A stretch of DNA of 64,000 nt from Ostrea edulis. Taxonomy: Eukaryota. The notes under the pieces are model-generated. The model was not told the DNA's origin and did not search any database. It saw only the letters and a program-made list of their open reading frames with translations. Positions 24,717 through 36,112 of the stretch are shown one piece after another (position 1 is the stretch's first letter; every line of letters begins with the position of its first letter). The stretch is taken from NCBI RefSeq assembly GCF_947568905.1, contig NC_079164.1, positions 103,974,001 to 104,038,000 of the forward strand. The letters are read 5' to 3'. Made by a program: the position numbers and the translations under genes.

Positions 24717-25300
24717 GTGAAGATAACGAGTATTGATTAATCTCATAAATTCTATAAAGAACACAAATTTGAGAGTTGGGCAAACACAGACCCCTGGACA
24801 CACCATAGGTGGGATCAGGTGCTTAGGAGGAATAAGCATACCCTGTCAACCGATTACACCCACCGTGAGCCCTATGTCAGGTAAACGGAGTAATCCGTAG
24901 TCAAAATCAGTATGTTAAAAATTACCTAACAATTGGTATGAAACACGTCAGACAGCATTCGTAATGACAGGTTTTATTTGCAAATTGGATTATCATAACG
25001 ATCATAAAATTAGCAAACTGCTTACTTTATATGAGAATGTTGAAACCCCTATAACATTAACGTATTTGTCAATAGCCTGTCTCGATTTAATAATTGATCA
25101 TACGCAGAAAGTTCTCGCATATCCAAACAGCTGAGAGACATAAACACAATATGCACGTGATAATAGAATACATTAATACATAAGTATGGGAGTTCATGAT
25201 GGAGAACCTGAAGTCAACCTGTTTGTCATCAAGTGGAGTTGTTAGATTGCCGCTAACGTCTATGTTCAATAAAATATTCAAACATGAAGCAGACATGAAA
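24717..25300 (-). mobile_element. Penelope-like retroelement remnant
   Basis: ORF LNIDVSGNLTTPLDDKQVDFRFSIMN matches the 20.1k copy; shares the same 3' UTR. Confidence 0.6.
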
Positions 25301-25659
25301 GACTGTGGGATATATCGAATCGACGTGTGAATGGACGTGGGTTTCTTTCTTTCTTTTAAGATAAAACGTCATTGTATCTAAATGTCAAATTAAAAGCCAC
25401 AAGAATATATTTTCTTTTCTCATGTAGAAGTTTTTGAATAAATTCTGCCTCATAAGAAACATGAAAAAAGCAGGTAAGTTAATAAAGGAGCGCATTTCGT
25501 GCCCATGTGAATTCCAACAGACTGTTGGAAAACCTGATCATCAAAGACTACGTAGATATTGTCAGTGTGGAACAATATCTTTTTAATACACATGTATTAA
25601 CTTCAGAATAGAATCAGTAGTGTTTAACAAAGTAAATTTTGGATGACTGATCACATTAA

Positions 25660-26790
25660 TATTTAAGTCTCCCAAAAGAAGTTTGAAGACTTACTGTTTT
25701 TGCTCGGTTCTTATTATTCTTCCGCTTCTTCTCCTTCTTGAGCCTTCTTCTTCCGCTTCTTTCTCGCGCCTAAAACTGACCGACATCATTCTCTGTAACC
25801 AGTTGATAAAAGTATTCAAGAATATGATAAGCCAATGTATCTAGATGTGCAGAAATGTTTTGTTTTCAGATTGAAGGGGGTTAAGGTACACAGAGTTCTA
25901 GGGTCTTCGGAAATTATTAAAAAGAGAATGACAGGGCCTACAAACTAGTATCAAGGTCAAGTGACCTTGACCTCTGACCATGAACATAAAACTGGTATAA
26001 CTTTAAAACCGGGACTGATAGCAACATGGGATCTTCAGAAATGGCAACAGAATGATAGAGCTTACAAACTACTATCAAAGTCAAGTGACTCCAGTGACCT
26101 TAACCTCTGAACATAAAATTGGTATTGCTAAAGAACCAGGTCTAATAGAGACATGGGGTCTTCAGAAATGATGAAAGGGTGATGAGATATTCAAAGTAGT
26201 ATCAAGGTCAAATAACTCCAGTGACTTTGACCTTGAGCAGACAAACCCATATAACTTTAGAACTGAAATTGATAGACACGGGACCTTTAAAAATGGTAAG
26301 AGGATGATAAGATTTACAAACTAGTATCAAGGTCAAGTGACTCCAGTGATCTTTACCTTTGATCATAACTTAATATTTCTTAAGAACTAGGACTGATAAA
26401 GAGATAGGATCCTCGGAAATAATAAAAGGATGATGGGATCTGCAAATTGGTATCATGGTCAAGTGACTCGAGTGACCTTGACTTCTTACCTTGAACATAA
26501 ATCTGGTTTAACTTTAGAACTGGGACTGATAGACATGGAATATTCAGAAATGTAGTGACCTACAAACTAGTAACTCCAGTGACCTTGACTATAATAACTT
26601 TGGAACCGGGATTGATAGAGACATTGGATCATGGATCATGGGATGTTGGGACCTACAAACTAGGATCAAGGTCAAGTGGCACCAGTTTTACGAGAGAAAA
26701 AAAGGGAATTTTTTTGAAAAATTTCAAAATCAAATTCTTCGTGATCTAGATTTGTCAAATGAAGTTAAAATTGGCATGGCTTTTGTCAAA

Positions 26791-26823
<33 letters not shown>

Positions 26824-26885
26824 GGCAGTAGTACTCAGAAAACACCACTTTTATACAGCCAGTACCTTGTTTGGGAGACTTTATA
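25660..26885 (+). mobile_element. Helentron/DINE-like element with ~125-bp internal tandem repeats
   Basis: Subterminal IRs aagtctcccaaa / tttgggagactt; (cttct)-type microsatellite near the 5' end; the monomer tacaaactagtatcaaggtcaagtgac recurs about every 123-127 bp; poly-G at 26790-26822. Confidence 0.65.
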
Positions 26886-27154
26886 ATCGGTAAATTATAA
26901 TCATATCTTGTCCCTTTTGGATTCCATTTTTATTAAAGAAGCGGCTAGCTATCTATGATGTCAAAAAGTATAGTCTTCAATGATAATTATAAATATATAC
27001 ACGTTAAAGGGTTCTGTGGTTTCCATGGAGGCAATAATATACATGTATTCATGTTACACCAGAATTTTATACAAATTTTGATAATTTCTTAGAGATTCTG
27101 TAGAGAGTACCCAGGATTTTACTTAGCCATAAAAGTCAATCCTAAGATTTGTTT

Positions 27155-27330
27155 TTTGATTACGTTTTATACCCCGTTGAAAATTTTTCGCGCATACTCA
27201 GCCGCAGGTGAAGCCACAAAAATTTGACCTATCCACAGTGCTCGGGACCGTAGTAACAAGGGTTTTTCTTTTGTGCCAACGCCTGCAGCGACCATGGACC
27301 TCGGTTTTCAACATTGTGACTCTTCACAAA
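27155..27330 (-). mobile_element. Degraded SINE fragment (family resembling 32481-32804)
   Basis: aaaattttcgcgcatac...ggtgaagccacaaaaatttgacctat resembles the reverse complement of the 32.7k SINE 3' end. Confidence 0.4.
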
Positions 27331-28813
27331 AGCCGATGACGTCTCCACACGAGTGAATTTTTTTTGTATGAGATGTACAACATTATCTACAAACAGATCA
27401 TGCGCTATAAATGTCCGAGCACAGCTTTAACTCTATTGTGACATCAGTCTAATTCAAGTCGGATCCGCTTGCATGAGAGTCAAATGATTATTGTTCCGTT
27501 ACAAATAGAGGAAGAGGGCAAAGCAAAGATTCTGGACGAGACCTCGGCGAATATGTTCAGAATTTACTCAGCTTTCATAAACCTTCGCGTAACCGGTGAG
27601 ACCGTCGTGAAGAGTATTGCTGTCTATAAATATTGTAGTTAGCTCTTATCAAAGTTTTAGCAACCTCACTGACAATGTTGAGCTCTAGTTTGTGGATTGA
27701 TACATATAACTATCACGGCGTGTATCAATAAGTCCAAGAGGCAAGGTGCATGTATTGACAAATACAACATAATATTTACCACCTACAGTGCATCAAACAG
27801 AGGTAGTGATTGGCCTTCGCTAACGCTCGAGGCATTTAGAGGTGAGAATCACGGTCTACATATTTCACTATTACCAACAACAAACGTCTGGACTATGCAC
27901 ATGTAAACCGTATTGTATGTTACTGTACTGTCTTAAAATCATCGACCTAGGTAGAATTTGTACTGTCACTACTTCGTTCATCTTTAGAAACTGACCTGCA
28001 AGTTAAAAAAATTGCCCAATCATTTATCAAGAAGGGAAACCGAAAATTATTTCAATCAAGTCTCTTTCGCTAAACCAGTCCCTTCTACCTTTTTAGATTT
28101 CTAGGGCCATGACTACGAGGACGTCTACAAAAGGACTATTTAAAGCCTGTTTTCCGCTACAAACTTACACGAGACCTATAATCAGTGATTTTTCTACATT
28201 TTTAACAAGGGTCCTGTGGCTTTCGAATTGGGAAAAATTGTCAACATTTCAGTCAAATTGGGAAAAATCAATTTTATCGTAAATAAGTTATAAAATCACA
28301 TCAAACATTATATTATCTTTATTTTACACATCTAATTTTCTTCAACCTTCTAAAATTTTCAATTATTCTATCCAAATCATCATTCCATGACTCTTTGTTA
28401 AGTCTTATGTACATATAATTCACATCGAATGTTTACTTTTTTCAAATACGTTTTCCTTTCATAATTCTATTATTGGGAAAAATGTAAGCTAAATTGGGAA
28501 AAAATTGGCAACTTTTAGGAGGGGAGAGGGCCGAAATTCGGACCCAAAATAGGCCTAAAAAACCCACTGTATAAGAGTCCGTTCCAACAGAACAGTAATG
28601 TAGTGTAACACCCTTTCATGTTCTCGGCACAATCTAATTCGACCCGAAATTCTCATGTATACGACAACCAAAGGGAACCGTCGCTATGAACTGGAGGAGA
28701 ACATCATACAAATGACTGAGCGCATACCTCAGCCTAGACAATAAAACATAAAAGTCATCATAAATCAATTGTACATGTATGATATGATACTAGAAATTGG
28801 AATATTGTAACAC

Positions 28814-29033
28814 NNNNNNNNNNNNNNNNNNNNNNNNNNNNNNNNNNNNNNNNNNNNNNNNNNNNNNNNNNNNNNNNNNNNNNNNNNNNNNNNNNNNNNN
28901 NNNNNNNNNNNNNNNNNNNNNNNNNNNNNNNNNNNNNNNNNNNNNNNNNNNNNNNNNNNNNNNNNNNNNNNNNNNNNNNNNNNNNNNNNNNNNNNNNNNN
29001 NNNNNNNNNNNNNAAATATCAGGACAACGCTTT
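28814..29033. other. Assembly gap (220 N)
   Basis: Run of N. Confidence 1.
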
Positions 29034-29038
29034 GTTTT

Positions 29039-29213
29039 ATCGTCAATTTTATATGACCAATAATATTACGTGTTATCTGTTTAAGTTTATGCATATACTG
29101 TCAGTGAATAAAACCATCGTATTGAAAGATATCGACGAAAATCAATGTTGTGCACGGCATGTATGCTACATATGTTGTGCACGGGGTGACGATAAAACAA
29201 AGCGTTGTCCTGA
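29039..29213. mobile_element. 175-bp MITE with TA TSD (Tc1/mariner-type)
   Basis: Perfect TIR tcaggacaacgctttgttttatcgtca / tgacgataaaacaaagcgttgtcctga, with TA on both sides. Confidence 0.8.
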
Positions 29214-30603
29214 TATAAGTTTATAGACAAACGGTAGTGCCAAAATTGCTCCGATAGTCGGAATGCTATCTAATTCGAATTTAATGCGCATTATTTCAGG
29301 AATTCATTAAATTTAATGCGAAGTAAAATCTATAATGCGCATCCGTGTGAACGAGGCATAAGATATGGTAATGCTGAAGCACAACTTGTTGTGGTTATAT
29401 GGTACATCTATAGGCACATCTGATGTCCCTAAAATATTCATAGATATATAATCAAGTATAATAGATAATTTATATTTGAATTTATACTTATATATATTCC
29501 CTTTTGTCAGGGAATATAACAATATAAATATATCTATATGTACGTTTAGTTTCAAGAATAGATAAAAAAAAAAAATCCTGAAGTAATTATCATACAACTC
29601 GCTATGCTCAAACTTTTCTGCCCGTTTTGCATTACTTCACAAAATGACGAAGGCCATGTATGGGAGAAATCATTTTAGTCAAATGGGGTGTGGGGGTGGA
29701 GTGGGGATGGGGGGTTGGATTCTTTAGTATCTCCAGATATCTGTCAAAGTAAGAGAGATAAGTCTTTTTGAAATCTGTAAGATATACCTATTACCTCATC
29801 GATAAAGATATATCTCTTTACGATAAAGGTTAAGAAACAACTATCAATTTTCTATGAGAAGGATATTCAGATAGCTGCAGATTTGTAGCCCTCTGGAAAA
29901 GGGGACTGGTCTGTCAAAATATCTCCCTAGAGAGCACAGATCTTTGTAGCTAGCTTTCGTATAAGAGACAGCTCTCTTCGCAGAAAAAAAAATCTCTTTA
30001 CGTTAGATATATTTCTCCAAGAATAAACTTTTTTTTTTTTTTTTAATATTCTTCAATAAATACTAAAACGGCTTGCCATATTATGTTAAACGCCTGACGT
30101 CACAGAGTATTTTACCTATTGCTGCAACCAGTATTAGTTGCGTTAATAATTTTCAATTCTTATGCTTTCTGGGGTTTTTTTTAACAACTATTCTAGGGGA
30201 TATTATTAAAAACCTTAACTCCAGTACATCAAATGATAATTATCGACAATCAAACTGATTTACAGAATTCGTGTTAGCATCTATAAAGTCTACAGTAGGC
30301 CGCAACAGTCCGTCCCAAGTACTTCGCGTTTTGTTTCACTAGACAAAATACTGATTTTGCAACCCCCACCCCCGATATTTCTTTAATTATGTAAATCTGG
30401 ATATCATATTCGCAAATTTTAGAATCTGGATTCATAGCCATAAATATGATCAAACTGACACAAAATTTCACTTAGGGTCCTAAATGGTCCTTTTAAGTGT
30501 ATATTCATATCCCATTGAGGTAAATAGACCCACCCCTTTTACAATGAAAATGAAAGTAGAAAGGGACATTACTCTAGATTTATTTTCACATGATGCGACG
30601 TAC

Positions 30604-30771
30604 ATGTGGGCATATATGATTCCCTGTATACTTATAATTGTATCACTTGTGCATAGCAATGCATGGGCAACAAGGATGAATGAACTTCGTCACGTGAGGA
30701 GTCCATTAGTCAAAGCTGTATATCAACGTTTGAAGGAAGACGAGAAACAGAGAAACGACGACCATCAATAT
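30604..30771 (+). CDS. METTL9: Protein-L-histidine N1-methyltransferase METTL9, exon 1
   Basis: MWAYMIPCILIIVSLVHSNAWA (hydrophobic leader)...HVRSPLVKAVYQRLKEDEKQRNDDHQY; donor gtaggc at 30772. The start could instead be 30616. Confidence 0.75.
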
Positions 30772-31122
30772 GTAGGCTGTGTTGACTTACTCATCTTTTT
30801 TTTTCATGAGCCACGATAGTCATCGAAGTTCGCTCAAATGTTTTCATATGTCTTTAGCTTTATCAGACAAGTACACATTTAGTTTAAATCATAGGTTTGT
30901 GTTGGGACTGAAGATCATGCACATTATCAGATTATGAATAAAAATAGAATGTGACATTCTGCGTGAAAAATAGCCTTTTCACGTGATTAACACGACATAT
31001 GCCATACGGTTTACAAATTCAGAGCTGTTTCTCGAGTCTCATTCCATTGCCAAGTTTCTAAGAGTAGTCAAATAGTTATATTGAGCATTTAATTAATTTT
31101 GTTAATGGCTTTGTCCTTGTAG

Positions 31123-31311
31123 TGGTACAGTTTGACAGAGCCAAGGTGTCTGCGGATGTTTGCGAGTGCTTCATTCAGTTTTATCAGGACCCAGAGACAA
31201 AACAATTTCTGTCTAACTGTATGAAAAAGCTGACTGGTTGTTTACTCAGCTGTACCACTCCATTGCTAAGTCCATTCTCGGATGGTTCATGACAAACACT
31301 TCCATCAATGG
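31123..31311 (+). CDS. METTL9: METTL9 exon 2, with two apparent 1-nt deletions
   Basis: WY-x-FDRAKVSADVCECFIQFYQDPETKQFLSNC-x-EKADWLFTQLYHSIAKSILGWFMTNTSING is colinear with METTL9 only if one base is restored near 31130 and one near 31221. The exon is 189 nt; the flanking phases (0 in, 2 out) require 191. Confidence 0.85.
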
Positions 31312-31630
31312 GTGAGTGCATGATTTATTCTGAATTCCATTATAGTTCTGTCTGCTTTAGTAATTTCAGTATAAACTAGCTAGCAACATATGATAATTTG
31401 CTTATTTGAATGTCAAGTTGTAAAACCATAAAAACGTTAAGTTATGGGATATTTTGTGATGATAATAAAAAATCACTTGAGTGAGCTACTGATTTTCATG
31501 ATTGATTAGAATAGAATTTTTTTAATATGTCGAAATATGATAATGAACACTTACATTCATTAAGTTTGTTGGAATCATGGTCCAAGAGGAAGGATGGGGA
31601 TTGAAGTTTTACTGGAGTAAATGTATTATA

Positions 31631-32210
31631 AACAAGAGGCTCATGGGCCACATCGTTCACCTGAGTCACCTTAGCCCATATCTAAAGATGTTCCCTATAT
31701 ATTTGCATGTAAAACTTTGATACCTATTGTGGCCCCAACCTACCGCCAGGGGCTATGATTTTAACAAACTTGAATTTGCACTATGTCAGAACGCTTTCAT
31801 GCAAATGTATATTTCTTTTACTAAATGGTTTTTGAGAAGAAGATTTTCTCTATATATTTGTATGTAAAACTTTGATCACCTGTTGAGGGGCCCATCCTAC
31901 CCCCGGGGGCCATGATTTTAACAAACTCGAATCTGCACTATGTCAGGAAGCTTTCATGTAAATGTAAACTTTCCTAGCACAGTGGTTCTTGAGAAGATTT
32001 TCCCTATATATTTGTATGTAAAACTTTGATCCCTGATTGTGGCCCCATCCTACCCTTGGAAGCCATGATTTTAACAAACTTGAATCTGCACTATGTCAGG
32101 AAACTTTCGTGTAAATTTCTACTTTCCTAGCCCATTGGTTCTTGAGAAGAAGAATTTCCCTATATATTTGTATGTAAAACTTTGATCCCTATTCTATTAT
32201 TTGACCTTTA
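31631..32210 (+). mobile_element. Helentron-like element with ~155-bp Cg170-like monomers (METTL9 intron 2)
   Basis: aaacaagaggctcatgggccacatcgttcacctgag start; ttttaacaaact recurs at about 31760, 31916 and 32069. Confidence 0.7.
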
Positions 32211-32480
32211 CATAAAAGGTCATGGTCAAATAATAGAATAGGGATAAAAGGTCAAGGTCAAAGGTCATCACAAATGACACGTGACACACAGCCTTATCAT
32301 GGTATACCCACATACCAAATATCAAAGGCCTATGTCAAAAGACAAAAAAGTTATGGCCCTGACAAACTTTGTATGAGAAGCGGAAGAAGAGCAAGCGGAG
32401 GAAGAAGAATTCACACTAAAACAATATGTCCCCCTTCTAAAAGGAACTTGATGTGTCAGCATGACAATGACATTCAAGTT

Positions 32481-32804
32481 CGAGGTCTTGAGGTAGAGCG
32501 TTTGCCCTGCATGCGGAAGGTCGGGTTCGAATCCTGGCTGCCACAGACCTAAGTTGTTAAAACAGGTAGTGACAGTTCCAACGCCAAACACTCTGCATCA
32601 GGTGTAAATGTCATGGGTCCTTGGAGATGACCTTAAAAGGGATGTCCCATGTTATATAGTAGATGTGGCTTGCTAAAGAACCCTCACTGCTCAGTGGCCG
32701 TAAGCGCCGAGCATAGGCCTAAATTTGAAGTCCTTCACCGGTACTGGTCTCCATATGAGTGAAAAATTCTCGAGAGGGACATTAAACAAGATACAATCAA
32801 TCAA
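32481..32804 (+). mobile_element. tRNA-derived SINE (bivalve Meta-type-like)
   Basis: ggtagagcg A-box part, gggttcgaatcc B box, conserved central body, caatcaatcaa tail. Confidence 0.7.
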
Positions 32805-33221
32805 GTTTGAAGTCCAAGAATGTGAAAATAACATTGGGTGGAAATGAAAGAAAAATTGTTTGTCATATTGGTGCTTTTGTTTTCTTGAATAGTTATGAAG
32901 AGAACAATTTCAATACTTTAATTCATTAATTGTTCATAAATTTCTGAGGAAAAGAAGGGAGCGTGTGTTACTTTTGAAATTTTAAAAATATGTCAATTGA
33001 CATGAAACTCTTATCAATATAAAGAAATATACCAAATATTCGACAAGCACAGAAAAAAATCCCAACTGTTATGAAAGGAATGGGATTACACTATAGGCTC
33101 TGACCATGGCGGGGGCATAAACATTCAGATAAAACTTACATACAGGTGTGGTTGTATGTCTTGTTGTTTGACTATCAAAACATGGGTCTACTGTGCCTTA
33201 GCAGTATTTGTTCTGTTGCAG

Positions 33222-33322
33222 ACTTCTCCAAAGAGGTTCAATGTTTGTTTTCTCGGAGGAACAGCTGAGACAGCTTCTGCAGATTGAGGAAGGATGGCAG
33301 GGACAAAACATATTAGATCTTG
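33222..33322 (+). CDS. METTL9: METTL9 exon 3
   Basis: LLQRGSMFVFSEEQLRQLLQIEEGWQGQNILDL; AG/GT boundaries, phase 2 to 1. Confidence 0.92.
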
Positions 33323-33690
33323 GTACATGTATAATTTCTCTTCCATCCTCCATTTATTGATGCAATAAAATTCAAACTTTAATTTTCAACACCAAAATGC
33401 TATTACATACAAATATCCAATTTTTTTTTCATTTATGACAATTTCAATAAGTGTGTTATTCCTCAAGATACAAACTGTTCTGGTTTCCATAATCTCTGAA
33501 AAAATTAATGACATGTAATTTGCATATCATATTTGTACCTTGCGTCTTTATGATGGATTTTTCCTGGTGGAGATATCCTCAAAGCTCAGTAAAATCCAAT
33601 ATAGAAAGAGATCGTCGATCTTCACTTTTTGGGATACCTTGGCGAGGCTAGTCTTGATTGGTAACAAACATGTTTGTCTATTATGGACAG

Positions 33691-33799
33691 GTGCTGGAGA
33701 TGGACGTGTGACAGAGAAGATGGCCAGGTACTACCGACAGGTGTATGCTACAGAAGTATCCTCCACAATGGTTTGGAGACTACGAGAGAAAAACTACAA
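33691..33799 (+). CDS. METTL9: METTL9 exon 4 (SAM-binding motif I)
   Basis: GAGDGRVTEKMARYYRQVYATEVSSTMVWRLREKNY; completes LDLGAGDG. Confidence 0.93.
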
Positions 33800-33972
33800 G
33801 TATATTGCTTAATATGATAAAAACTTCATTTATGATATAAAGCCAATAGTGACAGCAACACAGTATATGAAATTTTCACTCACTTTCTTGATTTATTTTG
33901 TTTTTGATAGTTAAAATTGTGTCATTGAATAGCTTCTTTTTTTTGAAAAGTTTATTCTAATTTACCTTTCAG

Positions 33973-34157
33973 AATACTGGAATTAGATGAGTGGGACAAT
34001 GGTAGCATTTCCTTTGATCTTATTAGTTGCCTAAACCTTCTAGACAGATGCAACAAGCCAATGACCATTCTTCATTCCATTAAGAAGGTGCTGACTCCAG
34101 GTGTTGGAAGAGCCATTGTAGCAGTGGTGTTGCCCTTCAAACCTTATGTGGAGCAAG
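33973..34157 (+). CDS. METTL9: METTL9 exon 5
   Basis: ILELDEW...FDLISCLNLLDRCNKPMTIL...AVVLPFKPYVEQ; AG/GT boundaries, phase 2 to 1. Confidence 0.94.
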
Positions 34158-34743
34158 GTGTGTTTTTAGATCGCCTAACACTGTGCTAGAATTATATCCA
34201 TTTTGATCAAGTTCTATGTCAAAACAAAAGGCCCATAGACAACATCATTCACTTGAGCAGTTGCATCTTCCTGTATAAAATCTAAACCCCCATTATGGCC
34301 TGCCTTTGCCATGGGAAATACATCTAAATAATTAACTTTTTTATATTTACACAAAACCTGGCTCCCAAAATCGTGTTTGTAAATAGTCTTTGTCTCTATC
34401 TAGAGTGAGGCAATTGTGTGCATATTTCATAGGACTGTAAAGAAATGCTTGTATCAGTCAAGAAGCCATGTGTGTAGATAAGAATATCCATTTCTAGAAA
34501 AGTAGGACAAAAACATTCAACATTTCAAAATTGGTTAATGATGAATCAATTTAGGGTGGATGCACAAAGAAAAAGAAACTGAAAATTTTTGTTATGAAAG
34601 TTTGTTTTTTTACTGAAACTATCAACTGTAATGCCATGTTGAATTGTTGATAGTTGGGCCATGAAACTAAACTTAACAGGGCTCGGGCCTTATTTTGAGA
34701 ATGAAAAGTGTAAATGTCTCAAATACATCTTTGCGTCAATTTT

Positions 34744-35957
34744 TTATCGCAATTCACCTTTGAATTAGAACGCTTTGGCCGATATAGTATTGCGTTGTGT
34801 GACAACACAATTGAATCTGTTTGTAATACAATTGCGAAATGCAACAGAAACTCTCATTGGTCCATATGTATAGTTCCGCCCAAATTCCCTTATACGGGAG
34901 TAGTCAGTATTTGAAAACATGACAGCCAGATGCTAGATGAAAAAAAACTTCAAAGGAAGAAAGAGAAAAAATTGTATTCTTGTGTTGTTGTCTCATAAAT
35001 TTAATATAAGAAAATTCCTACTGTAACATATTTTCCTACTATACTTGTGTCCAAACATACCTTCAAATATTTATTAAAGCCCCATACGACCCACTTTTGA
35101 TGATTTCGTTCGTAGACGTAGCCATGTTAGGTAGCCAGTCAATTCGAATCCCGGTTCATTTCCATATTGGCACATATTTAGCGTCTAGATGTGTACTAAT
35201 ACCCCACAAATATTTTAGCTAAATTGTTTAAATAATATACAACCCCAGTCCTATTAAATGATAAAATTCAAATAGCTAAACTCACGGCAGTGCGGCTTTC
35301 ATTAGTCATGGGCGGCCGAGCCGGCCGGTCTCCATCTAATGTCCTTATGTAGCATTTTCGTTCATCTAGAGCTTATTTTACCTTTACAAAAACTGGTACA
35401 AAAATGTTTTAATTTCTATTAATTATTCTTGTTGATAATAAATGAAGAGCGAATACATAACTTACAACCGATTTTATGAATAGATACCAATAGCAAGAGT
35501 TCGAATTGACCGGCTAACTAACATATTTACGTCAACAAACGAAATCATTTGAAGCTGCGAGTTTTCGGGTGGTGTGTGGCTTTAATGAATATTTGAAGGT
35601 ATGTTTGGACGCAAGTATATAGTAGGAAAATATGTTAAGATTTTTTTTATATTGAGTTTATGAGACAGCAACACAAGAATACACCGATTTCAGGCCTCAA
35701 CCGTCCGCAGCTTTTTGTGACCCGTAAATCAAAGGTTTTTATAAGAGGTGGATCTTTTCAGAGAACTATGTACAGTTCTCCAGCTACACTGAATCCGCTC
35801 GAGAAAGTGGGCGGGCTGTAATCGGCCAATGAAAACTCTTGCTGTATTACATCAAACATGTTTTTCAAATTGTTCAATCGTCTCATTCAATTGTGTCGTC
35901 ACACAACGCAATACTATATCGGGTAAAGCGTTCTAATTCAAAGGTGAATTGCAATAA
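34744..35957. mobile_element. 1.2-kb element with ~75-bp TIRs enclosing a foldback (METTL9 intron 5)
   Basis: ttatcgcaattcacctttgaattagaacgc...acacaattgaat is mirrored at 35886-35957. Confidence 0.7.
34974..35682. mobile_element. Internal foldback segment with long imperfect inverted arms
   Basis: Arm gtattcttgtgttg...ccttcaaatatttattaaagcc...atgatttcgttcgtagacgt...gtcaattcgaa and its reverse complement at about 35500-35682. Confidence 0.7.
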
Positions 35958-36112
35958 ATTTAGGTTTATTGATTTGCTTTACATATATCAAATACTTTAA
36001 TATTACTGGTTAAAGATCTATAAAATTATTCCCCCCCCCCCCCCCCCCCCCAATCATGTCCATGTCCCTTTATTGAAAGTTTTGGCTTTTGTGGTTTAAT
36101 GATTTGAAAGAT

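Noticed and set aside
27380-27910. GC-richer stretch with a weak resemblance to an RT motif
   Set aside because: Similarity is too weak and interrupted to support any call.
28765-29094. ORFs spanning the N-run
   Set aside because: Artefacts of translating the assembly gap.
30095-30102. CRE-like TGACGTCA about 500 bp upstream of the METTL9 ATG
   Set aside because: The same 8-mer occurs several times elsewhere in the window, including inside an exon and a MITE; no functional evidence.
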